DNA of 64,000 nucleotides from NCBI GenBank assembly GCA_000165345.1, contig CM000429.1, positions 64,001 to 128,000 of the forward strand, read 5' to 3'. Shown piece by piece: positions 55,701 to 64,000 of this stretch (position 1 is its first letter; each line of letters starts with the position of its first letter). The notes under the pieces were generated by a model. It saw only the letters and a program-made list of their open reading frames with translations, ran no database searches and was not told where the DNA came from. The position numbers and the translations under genes were made by a program.

Positions 55701-58700
55701 TTTAATGAAATAAAAAATGATATTTCCAATATTATCAGAGAATTTAATCCTCAAGAATTAAAAAATAGAAATATACAATTTTGGAATATTCCTGATTTAA
55801 TACAAAGTAAAGTTGGATCTTTAAAATATACTTGGTACTTTGACTTTGATGATATCACAGTAAACTTTTTGGATGGTTTTAAATTATTAGTTAATAAATT
55901 AAGCCTTTATAGATGTAATGAATATGGAAATTATGATATAAAAATGAATAATGTTAAGATATTTGATATTTTTGGTATTAATATTATTAATTCAAATTGT
56001 ATTAGATTAAGATCTGATATACCATATAAAAGTACCAAAATTAAATCACCAATTTGTCTTAAAAAACAACTGAGAAGAATTTTAGATTTGTCAGTGAATG
56101 GAGATTTACTTTTGCTTTCTATTCTTGGAAATACAGAAAAATCTGAGAATAACTTGAAAGATATTAATAATGGAATGATTTTCTTTGATTCAAAAAGGTT
56201 CATTCTTGAAATAGATAAGCTTGATATATTATTCTTTGTAAATTGTGAATATATGGAATCTTTTTTCAAATACTTTTATCAGTATATATATATAACTTAT
56301 TATCAGTTATTCCATCCTCCTTTAATAATAAGAACAGGAAAATTACTTTCATTTTCACGTAATCATCCAATAATCTTTTCTTGCAATAATATATTTGATT
56401 TTTCAATTACAAAAATGAATTTAAGCTTAATAAGTTTAGCTAATTTTATGCTTTCACAAAACTTTGAAAGATTTTCTCTTGGTTCTTCAGTATATAGAAA
56501 CAAAATTTACTCCAAGGATGATTTATATATTCAAAATAATTTTAAATTTGATAATTCTTTAAATCATAAAATAAAATTTGGAATTAATAATATCTTTAAC
56601 TTACCAATTTTTGAATTAAAATTAGATAATTTAAGATTAATCATCCGAACAAAGCATACATCCAATTCAAAATCTGTTTGTAATGATAGGGAATGTTACA
56701 ACATTCCAAACTATCTTACTAATAGTATGATTTCGGAAGAAGGATTTCTTATTAATTCAAGTTATAATCCAATCAATATTTTTGTATCTTTATTTGGAAT
56801 TTCTTTCAATTTATATAACCAATTGAATCTGTATAAAAGCAGAACCACAATTCAATCAAGGAAAGAAATTACTTTTTTTAGCGAGAATATTGTTATTGAC
56901 TTTAGAAGGAATTATTCTCATGTGGATTCCAATATTAATGGTGATTTTCCTGAGTTAAGTTCTGATGTGACAATTTCAATTTACTCAAAGTCTAAGACTT
57001 CAGTTAATTTGAGTAATGCAAGCTCATTTAAAGCCATAAAATTTATAAATCCAATCTTTGAAATGATTAAAAATTGTCCAAATTTCAAATCCAAGTTTCA
57101 AAAAAGTAACTGTGAGGTCTTCTCAAAAGAATTCAAGAATATAATCATCTCAAGAAATACCCTGATAATTTCTATCATCACTTCGGATTTGACAAGCTTG
57201 TATTTGGTTCCTTATATTAATCTTCAAAGCGAAAGAGAAATGAGTGAAAATTCTTCAGTATGTATTCAATTACCAAAAATTGAATTTTATTTGAAAAAGT
57301 ATAATAATTCTCATGTTGAAAATCAAGAAATAAATAACTTTTTAAGTCAGATAGAATCATCTTCTTTATTTCTTAAGGAAGGAATCTTAATTTGGATACT
57401 TTCCAAAGAAATCTTTGCTCCTGTATCAAATAAAAAACTTCAATGTCGTCTTTCTTCAATTTTGAATTCAAAAAATCAAAAATACTCTTTAAAAAGTACC
57501 TTGGTTTCTATTTCAAAGTTCAATATAAATACTCAAAGGAATACATATAATAATTTCAATATAAAATTGGACTTGGATGGTTTGGATAAGAAGTCAATAA
57601 TAGAAAGATGTTTTGGAAATGACTTTAATAATGGTGATAATACTCAAAATATGGTTATACCTTTGACTTTAAATTTGGATTCAGAGAAATTGATCCAACT
57701 TTCCACAATATTAGAATCTTTTCTTGATGAAAGTAATTTTGATAGTATTTCCATATATTATTGTGAAGATTGCAATAAATTTAAACCAACAAAATCAGAG
57801 TCTTTATTGAGATCACAAAAAGTTTTGAATTTGGATCAAAAAAGCTTATCCCATGAAAAGAATAATAATCAACCAGAATTGAACTTTAAATTAAAAATTT
57901 CTTTGAATTATATTAATTTGAGATATGAAATCTTTAGCCTGATAATTAATCATGTATTACTTGACTTGAGATATTGTAATTCAAAGATTGGAAATCTGAA
58001 ATTAGGAATAAAAGAAACTCAGCTGATTGCTGAATATTTTCCATATAAACTCAGTCAATTTTCTAAGTCATCCCAGTCTTTCAAAATTTTACGTGAATCT
58101 AGTATTCAGATATCTTCAAACTTTAGTGCGAAAACAAAAATGTTGGAAATAGCTAGAATTGGAAGTATTTTTTTTGATAATAATAATGACTCAATTTTGC
58201 TTGTTTTAAGAGCTCCTCAATTTAGTTTAAGTACTTTAACAATTATTTACTTGGAAGTTTTAATTAAAATCATTAATATGTTAAAGTTAAAATCAAAAAG
58301 AGTTCCATTCAAAAACGAGAAATCTTCATTAAGTCCAATAAATAATACATCATCTATTCCTTTAATTTCAGGAAGGAAGCTGAATATCCAGATTAATGAA
58401 ATTATGTTTAATATGCATAATCTTGGAACTTTTAGAGATTATACAATTCAAAGAGATGATCGAAAGTTTCGTCTTGGATCTAGCTATTCAGGATTCAAAA
58501 AGATAAATATAGTACCTGATTTAGATACTCAAAGTGAATTTCTTTTTCAAGTTATAGAAAGGAATCCAATAAATAGTACTTTTACTTTAGTTGATGATTT
58601 GGAAGAATCAAATACAAATCTTGATATTTTTAAAGGTAACAATGGCCAATCTTGTCTTGAATGTAGGTATCATTTAAACAAAGCACTAATATATACTTCA

Positions 58701-61700
58701 AGAATTTCCACAGATTTGAAAGATAATAACCATTTTCGAGGAAATACTAATATTAATATTAGTAATTGCAATAATAATAGCAGTAGTAGTAACAGTCAAT
58801 TCGATGAAATCTTTAGGAATTATTGCAATGACTACTTCTCCTTGCTTGATGAGCATGTGATTTCAGACAAATATCAAAAATCCAGCTTTGAGATGATCCA
58901 AGAATATAAGAGGATTTGTTTATATACTGAAAGTAATATAAGCATCCCTTTAGAATATGGCCAAATAACAGATTACATGATTCTTGGAGAATTTGGATAT
59001 GGAATAAAATCTGATCATATTTCATTATCAAGAAGCTTTAAGCAAATAATAACTAGGATTCCTAGAGTTGATTGCTCAATTGGTATTCATGATAGAAACA
59101 AGAATTTCGAGTTTGTATTAAAGATATTTCCTGTTTCAATTGATGTTTTTCTCTCAAACAGATTGATTTGGGATTTGTTTGGAGAATGTACACTTGAGGA
59201 TTTATTTGATATAAATAAGGAAGATCATCCCAGAATTTTTCCAGAAATCTCCAATTATTATTGCTGTAGATCAGAAGAGTCATTTCAATGGGATGATCAT
59301 AATTGCCAGGCTCACCCTCATTCTCAAAATGACTGTAGTAGGATCATTTCCGATATTCCACATGTAATAAAAAGTAATGAGAATTTTGAGGTGGTGACGG
59401 AAAATTTCTTATCATCTTCATCATCATCCTCTCCGCCTTTAGCCCTCATAGAGGAATTCCAATCGGATAGAAAAAGAAGTTTATATGATTCCACTCAAGA
59501 GATTCTGAAGACAACTCCCATTTTTGTTAGTATTCGAATTCATACAGAAAAACCAAGTACTCAACTAAAGATGTATTCAAAACTGCTTTCAGTTTCAATT
59601 GATTCAAGTAGAGTCCAATCAATTAATGAGATCTTGAATTCATTTGAGCTCAGGAATATAAACACAAACAAGAATAATCCGTCGTACCAAGTATCCAATA
59701 ATATCTCAAATCACCCTTCAACTTTGACCAGTTCGAACAATACAACTATAAATAATCATCCAATGAGCGTTTTGTCAAACACAATGAATAGTGTTGCAGG
59801 TGGAAATCTTCCACCTCCAATTTACTATTCACATAACTTGAACCCAACAAACAGTATAGTAAGTTCTGGAGATCAGGCCCAAAATCTAAGTTCCCATATT
59901 TCACAACAAGGATACAACTTTAATGCATATCCCACAGCAAAGACTCCTTCAGTATTATCTTTCTCGAACTATTTTTACGACCAAAAACAAGAACAGGGTC
60001 AAAGAATAAACGCAATGAACCTATTGAACTTGAATAATAAAACCAAGAATGCAAATCCCAAATCTAATTCTTTGGACTTTAATGCCAATCGACTTCTTTT
60101 AAATTGTGATTTGAATGATAAGAATGTAATGAATATGCTTAAGTTTGAAATTGATAAATTTTTAGCAGATAATCCGCTTTTTTATACAGTTGTTGATAAT
60201 ATCCAATGTCAGGCTGGAGGAGACAATAACCATCTTAACCAATATAGGCTTCAGATAGAATGTATTGTAGATCAGCTGAATGTTGATATGTTCATTAATA
60301 ACAAAAGATTCTCAAATTTCCAATCAAAAGATATTAACTTTGTTATGTTCTCAAATAATAATCCTTCAAACTCAACAATAATAGAGTTTGATACATCATT
60401 TATCCATTTATCGGCCAATAAAGACTTTGTACAGTCGAATGGCAACTCAAATGTTATTCCAGGTACAAACGGCGTTGGTAGTGGCGTTGTTTCTGGTAAC
60501 AATAATAGCAATTACAATAATCAAATTAACTTTAATATCTCGAATTCCAATTTAAATCCAAATTCAAACAATATCTTCAATGCAAATGGTAATGGTATTG
60601 GTAATGGAAATGTAAATTCCAATATCATTGGAGAAGGTGGAACGGGTCTTAATCATAATAACTCAGGCTTGAATGTTAGTTCGGTATCTACGATTGAAAA
60701 TAGCATTAATGCAACTTCTCAGGAAGAAATTTCCATAATTCATCCCATGTACATTGATGGACATACTAGTCAGGGGCATGGACATGTTTTATCAATTCGT
60801 ATAAATATGAGGCAGGTTAGATTACTAGAAGTATATAACATACGAATCTTAGAGAGCGTTGTAATCAGAGTCCATCCAATTCGGGTAAACATTACTCAAT
60901 ATTTAACTTCTTGTTACTATGATATATTCTTCCCACCACCAATAACAAACCAGCCAAGCATGACTTCAATCCAAATTGGAAGTAATACCCAGAACTTTTT
61001 ACAAATGTCAAATGTTGCTTCTGAAGCTGCTTCATCCAAGATAAAAGAAGATAATGCTATTTATGCCGAAAACTCTTACATTATCAATAGTAATACCAAT
61101 AGTGATATAACAATACCAACAATTGAACAAGAAAATTCTTCTTTAACATTTAATAACCAACAACCACAAAATAATAACACATCAGTAGACACGCAAAACT
61201 GCTCAAAAAATATACTATACTTTAATTACCTTCGAATATCATCAATTCTTGTGGAAGTCACTTATCGTGGATCTGTATCGTTAAATAACGTACTTTTGGA
61301 ACTTAGCTCTTTCACTCAAAGAAGAAAGCATAGAACTGTAAAGGAAATGGTTGACAAATATATCTCTTTCCTTAGACGTCAAGCTGCTAGACCTGTTATT
61401 TCATATACTTTCAAACAACTCAGACACTCTTTACTTCCTAAACACTTCAAATCCCATAAACGTAATAGCAACTATAATTCTCATTATGATATTATCCAAG
61501 CAAATATTCAAAATAACCACCTTAATAATGGAAATGAACGTTCCTTGAAAATTGATTCTTCTTATCAAGACCTTCTTTCTGAAACTACAAACAATGGAAA
61601 TCATTCCAATTACAACAATAATATTAACTCCATTCTTTCTAAAAACGACGATGACCTTCCTAACACTTATCGCAAGATTCAAAATACCAACTGCTCAAAA

Positions 61701-61757
61701 AATGACTCAGAATACAATAAATTTAGACTCATCTTTGGTAATCAACTTTTGATTTAA
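52770..61757 (+). CDS. Giant (~2995 aa) N-terminally membrane-anchored, Asn-rich protein; possibly a bridge-like lipid-transfer protein (BLTP/Csf1/Hobbit-like), low confidence. ATG at 52770 (track start at 52734 is TTG).
   Basis: Single uninterrupted 9-kb ORF. N-terminal TM VLQIILSIILIIFSLLCIFVHIL directly after the start. Long predicted beta-rich stretches separated by poly-N and low-complexity inserts. The conserved-looking C-terminal block (ILYFNYLRISSILVEVTYRGSVSLNNVLLELSSFTQRRK...) resembles the architecture of N-anchored giant BLTPs. Confidence 0.7.
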   Translation: MSVLQIILSIILIIFSLLCIFVHILKQFLQKKGFEVSFSGFFSLGNLKIKILEKYLKKYDNISGFEFFLSKISIRFQSWKLKFILYESKCICFILNGNHFKNKQFDHHLSQYSRLQNHSSRKTNIGTDDNSIGIIRNLMLIVTAQIISRIILFELENIQFQFYMVDCKCIGNHRNLKITQDGRCEKCGIQMKYGIYSKLDINSLSIFPKAYFGGIMVNFLINNPVLYLNPIENTISEKRCHTFYLNSNNKYNSSSNHKTSILNYILNQFYMKNNKTISKKCHSNQNNYPPLIYIDNNLNIKLKLMHSMSGSDIRVCILRNVNIEMNQLWITLIPEIICELVYIFHTIKSNFKNLNKISFNKNNLQVLDPNIINQSDPIIKLSPKYQLLSNNVLPISPIPLASPSSPSIISSSNSYSHSPLPPSFGNFENKVPRNKKKLIMNENLDRQLQITFKISQPSLIFCDNTQSSSGFEILFHEFEAHLIIQYFIEYLQSTLKLYNQDYDFESSNSEISDFNIIGNESNHFDLDTTDLKKKTRRSLKLVFGSKLIFGNSILYLNPKESHYFSKQIMPNTIKDGDFTFDRMFVIEHYKSIVEISDNNFVKLYLKSSIQRMFGIWRENGFYQNLTLFLQLIKFQKYLSKIKNQVNIDNSGNSNNNNNNNNNNNIEKPFIDQATEEIPKLPSRVELEDDDILKSDFLIKNNKYLKEIMTIKDFAVNLLFYLEIKDITIQTNDINCFNHELHILKKNDCSNNHCENCFIESFGPKERYEWRTDFDYESDTKFNMKIKKDDNDTDHDNHNDDKFFILKINNLKICNTSINRSFSMLFSDLDLYSMNEFIDLEDISTKYLNLPSCLKHNHDILDFQKTCIYRYGCFDQRIQVLNFEISPKIRDKNHLVKLCESIIISPWDYKRISLRFKGINGNLHTCYIPIYLYILGCFSIDCLALKKNNLNKVYYGINNQFEENFDFYCNQRFNYFEKFNEIKNDISNIIREFNPQELKNRNIQFWNIPDLIQSKVGSLKYTWYFDFDDITVNFLDGFKLLVNKLSLYRCNEYGNYDIKMNNVKIFDIFGINIINSNCIRLRSDIPYKSTKIKSPICLKKQLRRILDLSVNGDLLLLSILGNTEKSENNLKDINNGMIFFDSKRFILEIDKLDILFFVNCEYMESFFKYFYQYIYITYYQLFHPPLIIRTGKLLSFSRNHPIIFSCNNIFDFSITKMNLSLISLANFMLSQNFERFSLGSSVYRNKIYSKDDLYIQNNFKFDNSLNHKIKFGINNIFNLPIFELKLDNLRLIIRTKHTSNSKSVCNDRECYNIPNYLTNSMISEEGFLINSSYNPINIFVSLFGISFNLYNQLNLYKSRTTIQSRKEITFFSENIVIDFRRNYSHVDSNINGDFPELSSDVTISIYSKSKTSVNLSNASSFKAIKFINPIFEMIKNCPNFKSKFQKSNCEVFSKEFKNIIISRNTLIISIITSDLTSLYLVPYINLQSEREMSENSSVCIQLPKIEFYLKKYNNSHVENQEINNFLSQIESSSLFLKEGILIWILSKEIFAPVSNKKLQCRLSSILNSKNQKYSLKSTLVSISKFNINTQRNTYNNFNIKLDLDGLDKKSIIERCFGNDFNNGDNTQNMVIPLTLNLDSEKLIQLSTILESFLDESNFDSISIYYCEDCNKFKPTKSESLLRSQKVLNLDQKSLSHEKNNNQPELNFKLKISLNYINLRYEIFSLIINHVLLDLRYCNSKIGNLKLGIKETQLIAEYFPYKLSQFSKSSQSFKILRESSIQISSNFSAKTKMLEIARIGSIFFDNNNDSILLVLRAPQFSLSTLTIIYLEVLIKIINMLKLKSKRVPFKNEKSSLSPINNTSSIPLISGRKLNIQINEIMFNMHNLGTFRDYTIQRDDRKFRLGSSYSGFKKINIVPDLDTQSEFLFQVIERNPINSTFTLVDDLEESNTNLDIFKGNNGQSCLECRYHLNKALIYTSRISTDLKDNNHFRGNTNINISNCNNNSSSSNSQFDEIFRNYCNDYFSLLDEHVISDKYQKSSFEMIQEYKRICLYTESNISIPLEYGQITDYMILGEFGYGIKSDHISLSRSFKQIITRIPRVDCSIGIHDRNKNFEFVLKIFPVSIDVFLSNRLIWDLFGECTLEDLFDINKEDHPRIFPEISNYYCCRSEESFQWDDHNCQAHPHSQNDCSRIISDIPHVIKSNENFEVVTENFLSSSSSSSPPLALIEEFQSDRKRSLYDSTQEILKTTPIFVSIRIHTEKPSTQLKMYSKLLSVSIDSSRVQSINEILNSFELRNINTNKNNPSYQVSNNISNHPSTLTSSNNTTINNHPMSVLSNTMNSVAGGNLPPPIYYSHNLNPTNSIVSSGDQAQNLSSHISQQGYNFNAYPTAKTPSVLSFSNYFYDQKQEQGQRINAMNLLNLNNKTKNANPKSNSLDFNANRLLLNCDLNDKNVMNMLKFEIDKFLADNPLFYTVVDNIQCQAGGDNNHLNQYRLQIECIVDQLNVDMFINNKRFSNFQSKDINFVMFSNNNPSNSTIIEFDTSFIHLSANKDFVQSNGNSNVIPGTNGVGSGVVSGNNNSNYNNQINFNISNSNLNPNSNNIFNANGNGIGNGNVNSNIIGEGGTGLNHNNSGLNVSSVSTIENSINATSQEEISIIHPMYIDGHTSQGHGHVLSIRINMRQVRLLEVYNIRILESVVIRVHPIRVNITQYLTSCYYDIFFPPPITNQPSMTSIQIGSNTQNFLQMSNVASEAASSKIKEDNAIYAENSYIINSNTNSDITIPTIEQENSSLTFNNQQPQNNNTSVDTQNCSKNILYFNYLRISSILVEVTYRGSVSLNNVLLELSSFTQRRKHRTVKEMVDKYISFLRRQAARPVISYTFKQLRHSLLPKHFKSHKRNSNYNSHYDIIQANIQNNHLNNGNERSLKIDSSYQDLLSETTNNGNHSNYNNNINSILSKNDDDLPNTYRKIQNTNCSKNDSEYNKFRLIFGNQLLI

Positions 61758-61781
61758 TTGCTTCAACTGACTGCTTTGCAA

Positions 61782-61872
61782 CTCCCGCCCACTATTCCTC
61801 TTGTAATTATCTGCATGCGACCAAGTACATGCAAAAAAACACTTGCAATATACCGGCATTGGTTGGCGCCAT
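61782..61872. promoter_or_regulatory. Composite GC-motif cluster (CTCCCGCCC ... TGCATGCG ... ATACCGGCA ... TTGGCGCCA) between the giant gene and the TCAB1-like gene.
   Basis: actcccgcccactatt...ctgcatgcgacc...atataccggcattggttggcgccatacgtggg: all four recurrent motif types sit within 90 bp, about 260 bp upstream of the ATG at 62130. Confidence 0.45.
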
Positions 61873-62129
61873 ACGTGGGAAGTTTTTTATCTGACAAATT
61901 TCCTGAATTATTTATTTTTTTTATTTTCTTTATTCTTTAGTTTATTCTTTTTTTTTAACTTGAAATAATAATATGAGAGTTAGGGTTTAAAATTATGATT
62001 ATTTGTTCTTTTTTCTTGGATTTTAGAGAAAGATATTCTTGTTGTGTATAATTTGGATTTTAAGTTATCCACATAAATTAATGTTATTTGACTTTCAAAA
62101 AGGCCAGAAATTGAATGAATTGAAAGAGA

Positions 62130-63567
62130 ATGGAAGAACCTAATTACCAGGAGGAATCAATAGAATGTATTGCATCTTGTAATCTTTCTGTAAGTTCAAA
62201 TGATTAGAATAAGTGAAATGCGGATTTTTTTTTTGTTACTAAATGAAAAAATAAAGAAATTTTCGTTATCAAGTAATTAAATAAACTAAATAACTTTGAT
62301 TTTTATAATTTTCACTAATAATCATAATTTCAGAATGAAAACACTCCTGTTGGAATAATTCTAAATGATACAGAAAAGAAAGTCTTAACAGCATGTAATG
62401 ACAAGCTTTACTACTTTAATTTGAGTGAGATTATTGATTCATATACTTCATTTCTTGAAAAAGAAGATGGAAGAATTTCCTATTACAAATCTATTCATCT
62501 AGGGTAAGATTTCACGAATTTAATCATGAGAAATTATTTTTCAAATTTATCAAAAATCTAATGATTTTTAGAGGAAATATAAGAAGTATTTCTAGAAATA
62601 AACAAATAAGAGACCATTTAAGAACCAATAATATGGCCTTATTTGCCTTGAATTGTAGAAATTATCCAGTAAAAGTATATAATTTTGATGGTGAACTAAT
62701 AACTAGCGTATATATGAGAAACCAATTTGAAGAAATTGATGAAATTTATTCACTGGAATTTATATATTCAGAAGAATCATCTATTATTTTAGGAGGAGGA
62801 AAGAATTGTATCCATGTATATGATTATAATTCCGGTAAAACACTTGAATATATCGTAAGTTTAATCCCAATATTAATATTCTTAATTAAAATTAAACTAA
62901 ATATTCGTAGAATTTCAATTCCAAAGAATGTAAAATAGAAAATTCAAAATGCCAGAAAGGTATTATATCATGTCTATCACTCAAAACAAGTGGTATAGGA
63001 TCTTTCTCTGTATTTGCATCAGGATCTTTCTCAAAAACAATCTTTTTACATGATTTAAGTGACCTTCATAGCCAAATTCAACTCAGTGATAACAATTTAA
63101 ATCTTAATTCTGTAACTGAACTTTATTGGTTAGATGGTTCCTATGATTCTAAGTTTATGGATTACCACTTAATTTCTGGTCATAGAAATAGTGACTACTT
63201 ATATATTTGGGATGTAAGGAAGCCTAATAATATACTTTTTAAATTAGATAGAGAAAATTTTGGTTCAAATCAAAGATATAATATTAACCTTAAATATTTT
63301 GAAGATGAGTTAATATTAACTTATGGAGATTCCAGAGGAAACCTTAATATACAAAAACTAAAATTTAATTATGATTACAATAAATTCCTTCAAAATGTAA
63401 AGCAAAGACAAAAAATCAAATTAAAAAGTCAATCCATTCCTTGCGTTGAGAGGTTTTTTGATCAAAAGTTATTAGTTACGTTATCTGGTGAAAGATTCAC
63501 GAGTTGCGAAAAAGATCAAGGATGCACTTTCAATGTTTGGAAGATTAACACGAATACCCCCAGTTAA
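62130..63567 (+). CDS. WRAP53: WD40 protein resembling telomerase Cajal-body protein 1 (TCAB1/WRAP53), 4 exons: 62130..62189, 62334..62503, 62572..62854, 62911..63567.
   Basis: Joined 389-aa product. NCIHVYDYNSGK, IISCLSLKTSGIGSFSVFASGSF and HLISGHRNSDYLYIWDVRKPNNILFKLDRENFGSNQRYNINL...DELILTYGDSRGNLNIQ parallel WRAP53 blocks ([90 protein letters not shown]). Donors tct|gtaagt, gg|gtaag, atc|gtaagt. Total 1170 nt, frames verified. Confidence 0.55.
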
Positions 63568-63758
63568 TTTGTGTTTCTCAAATCCAAATATCATTTTCTG
63601 ATTGAATCTCATTATTACTTTAAATCTTATTTTCAATTTCAGATCCAAAGTTAATCATTTCCCAAACTTTTTATTTTCATTCAATTTAAAGTATTATTAA
63701 TATATGCTTATTATTAGCATTATTATTTTTAAATTTATATTATAAAACAATTATAAAC

Positions 63759-64000
63759 TTATTTCCTTTTTTTATTACCAGAATTGTTCTTACTATCATT
63801 ATTAGATAAACTCTCCTCCTGTTCAAGTAACTCCTGAGCAATTTTATTTGCAAGATTGCTTTCAGTTTTCTCTTTTTCCTTGGCTTTCTTCTCCTCTAAT
63901 TCTTTCTCCTTAGCAAGTCTCTCCTTTTGTAAGCGCATTTCTTCTTGTTGTTTTCTAATAGCATTCAGCTTTCTGGCATCCAAAAATATATAATCTCCCC
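63759..64000 (-). CDS. 3' end of a minus-strand gene whose 5' part lies beyond the window; charged, coiled-coil C-terminus.
   Basis: The ORF is open to the window edge (…GDYIFLDARKLNAIRKQQEEMRLQKERLAKEKELEEKKAKEKEKTES...KKRK*). The track 'M' at 63983 is a TTG codon, not a real start. Confidence 0.4.
   Translation of the reverse strand, partial: GDYIFLDARKLNAIRKQQEEMRLQKERLAKEKELEEKKAKEKEKTESNLANKIAQELLEQEESLSNNDSKNNSGNKKRK

Overview
This is eukaryotic nuclear DNA from a compact, AT-rich protist-type genome (roughly 70% A+T, and higher between genes). It is not prokaryotic. Nearly every long ORF has a clear eukaryotic homolog, and several genes contain short spliceosomal introns of 49-126 nt with GTAAGT or GTATGT donors and YAG acceptors. 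I count about 34 protein-coding genes in 64 kb, roughly one per 1.9 kb. 3' ends are extremely compact: the ZNF207-like and SDR coding regions abut, and the kinase and UBC stop codons lie 24 bp apart.

Gene content is housekeeping:
- Ubiquitin/proteasome system: CDC48/p97, a Josephin-UIM-UBX deubiquitinase divergently paired with CDC48, USP14/Ubp6, a UBE2G/Ubc7-type E2, and proteasome beta-2.
- Ribosome and snoRNP biogenesis: RPS21e, NOC2, NOP10, Bud20/ZNF593, a TCAB1/WRAP53-like WD40 protein.
- Secretory pathway: SEC11 signal peptidase, a p24/TMED cargo receptor.
- Two V-ATPase proteolipid c paralogs, with NOP10 between them.
- Mitochondrial: COQ4 and a FAM136A-like protein with four CX3C motifs.
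- DNA repair and maintenance: an Apn1/endonuclease IV AP endonuclease and EXO5.
- Other conserved proteins: an oxysterol-binding protein, an M14 carboxypeptidase, an hnRNP F/H-like qRRM protein, a ZNF207/BuGZ-like protein, and an SDR oxidoreductase.
- Lineage-type proteins: a signal-peptide-bearing protein kinase, a mucin-like secreted repeat protein, a ~3000-aa N-terminally anchored giant protein, and several coiled-coil or low-complexity hypotheticals.

The ORF track misses or splits several spliced genes, which I reconstructed by hand: RPS21e, PSMB2, SEC11, p24, UBE2G, COQ4, FAM136A-like, ZNF593, NOP10, TCAB1-like and the 41168..42057 gene. The track also shows 'M' at non-ATG starts (TTG/GTG), so I moved those starts to the first in-frame ATG.

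Almost every intergenic promoter carries GC-rich islands in the AT-rich background. These are E2F-like TTTGGCGCC/TGGCGCCA palindromes, TTAGGCGGGA and TTTTACCGCC boxes, ATACCGGYA...ACATG elements and TGCATGCA octamers. This motif vocabulary is most reminiscent of apicomplexan (Cryptosporidium/gregarine-like) promoters, but I cannot confirm the taxon from sequence alone. There are no rRNA, tRNA, CRISPR or transposon features that I can support.
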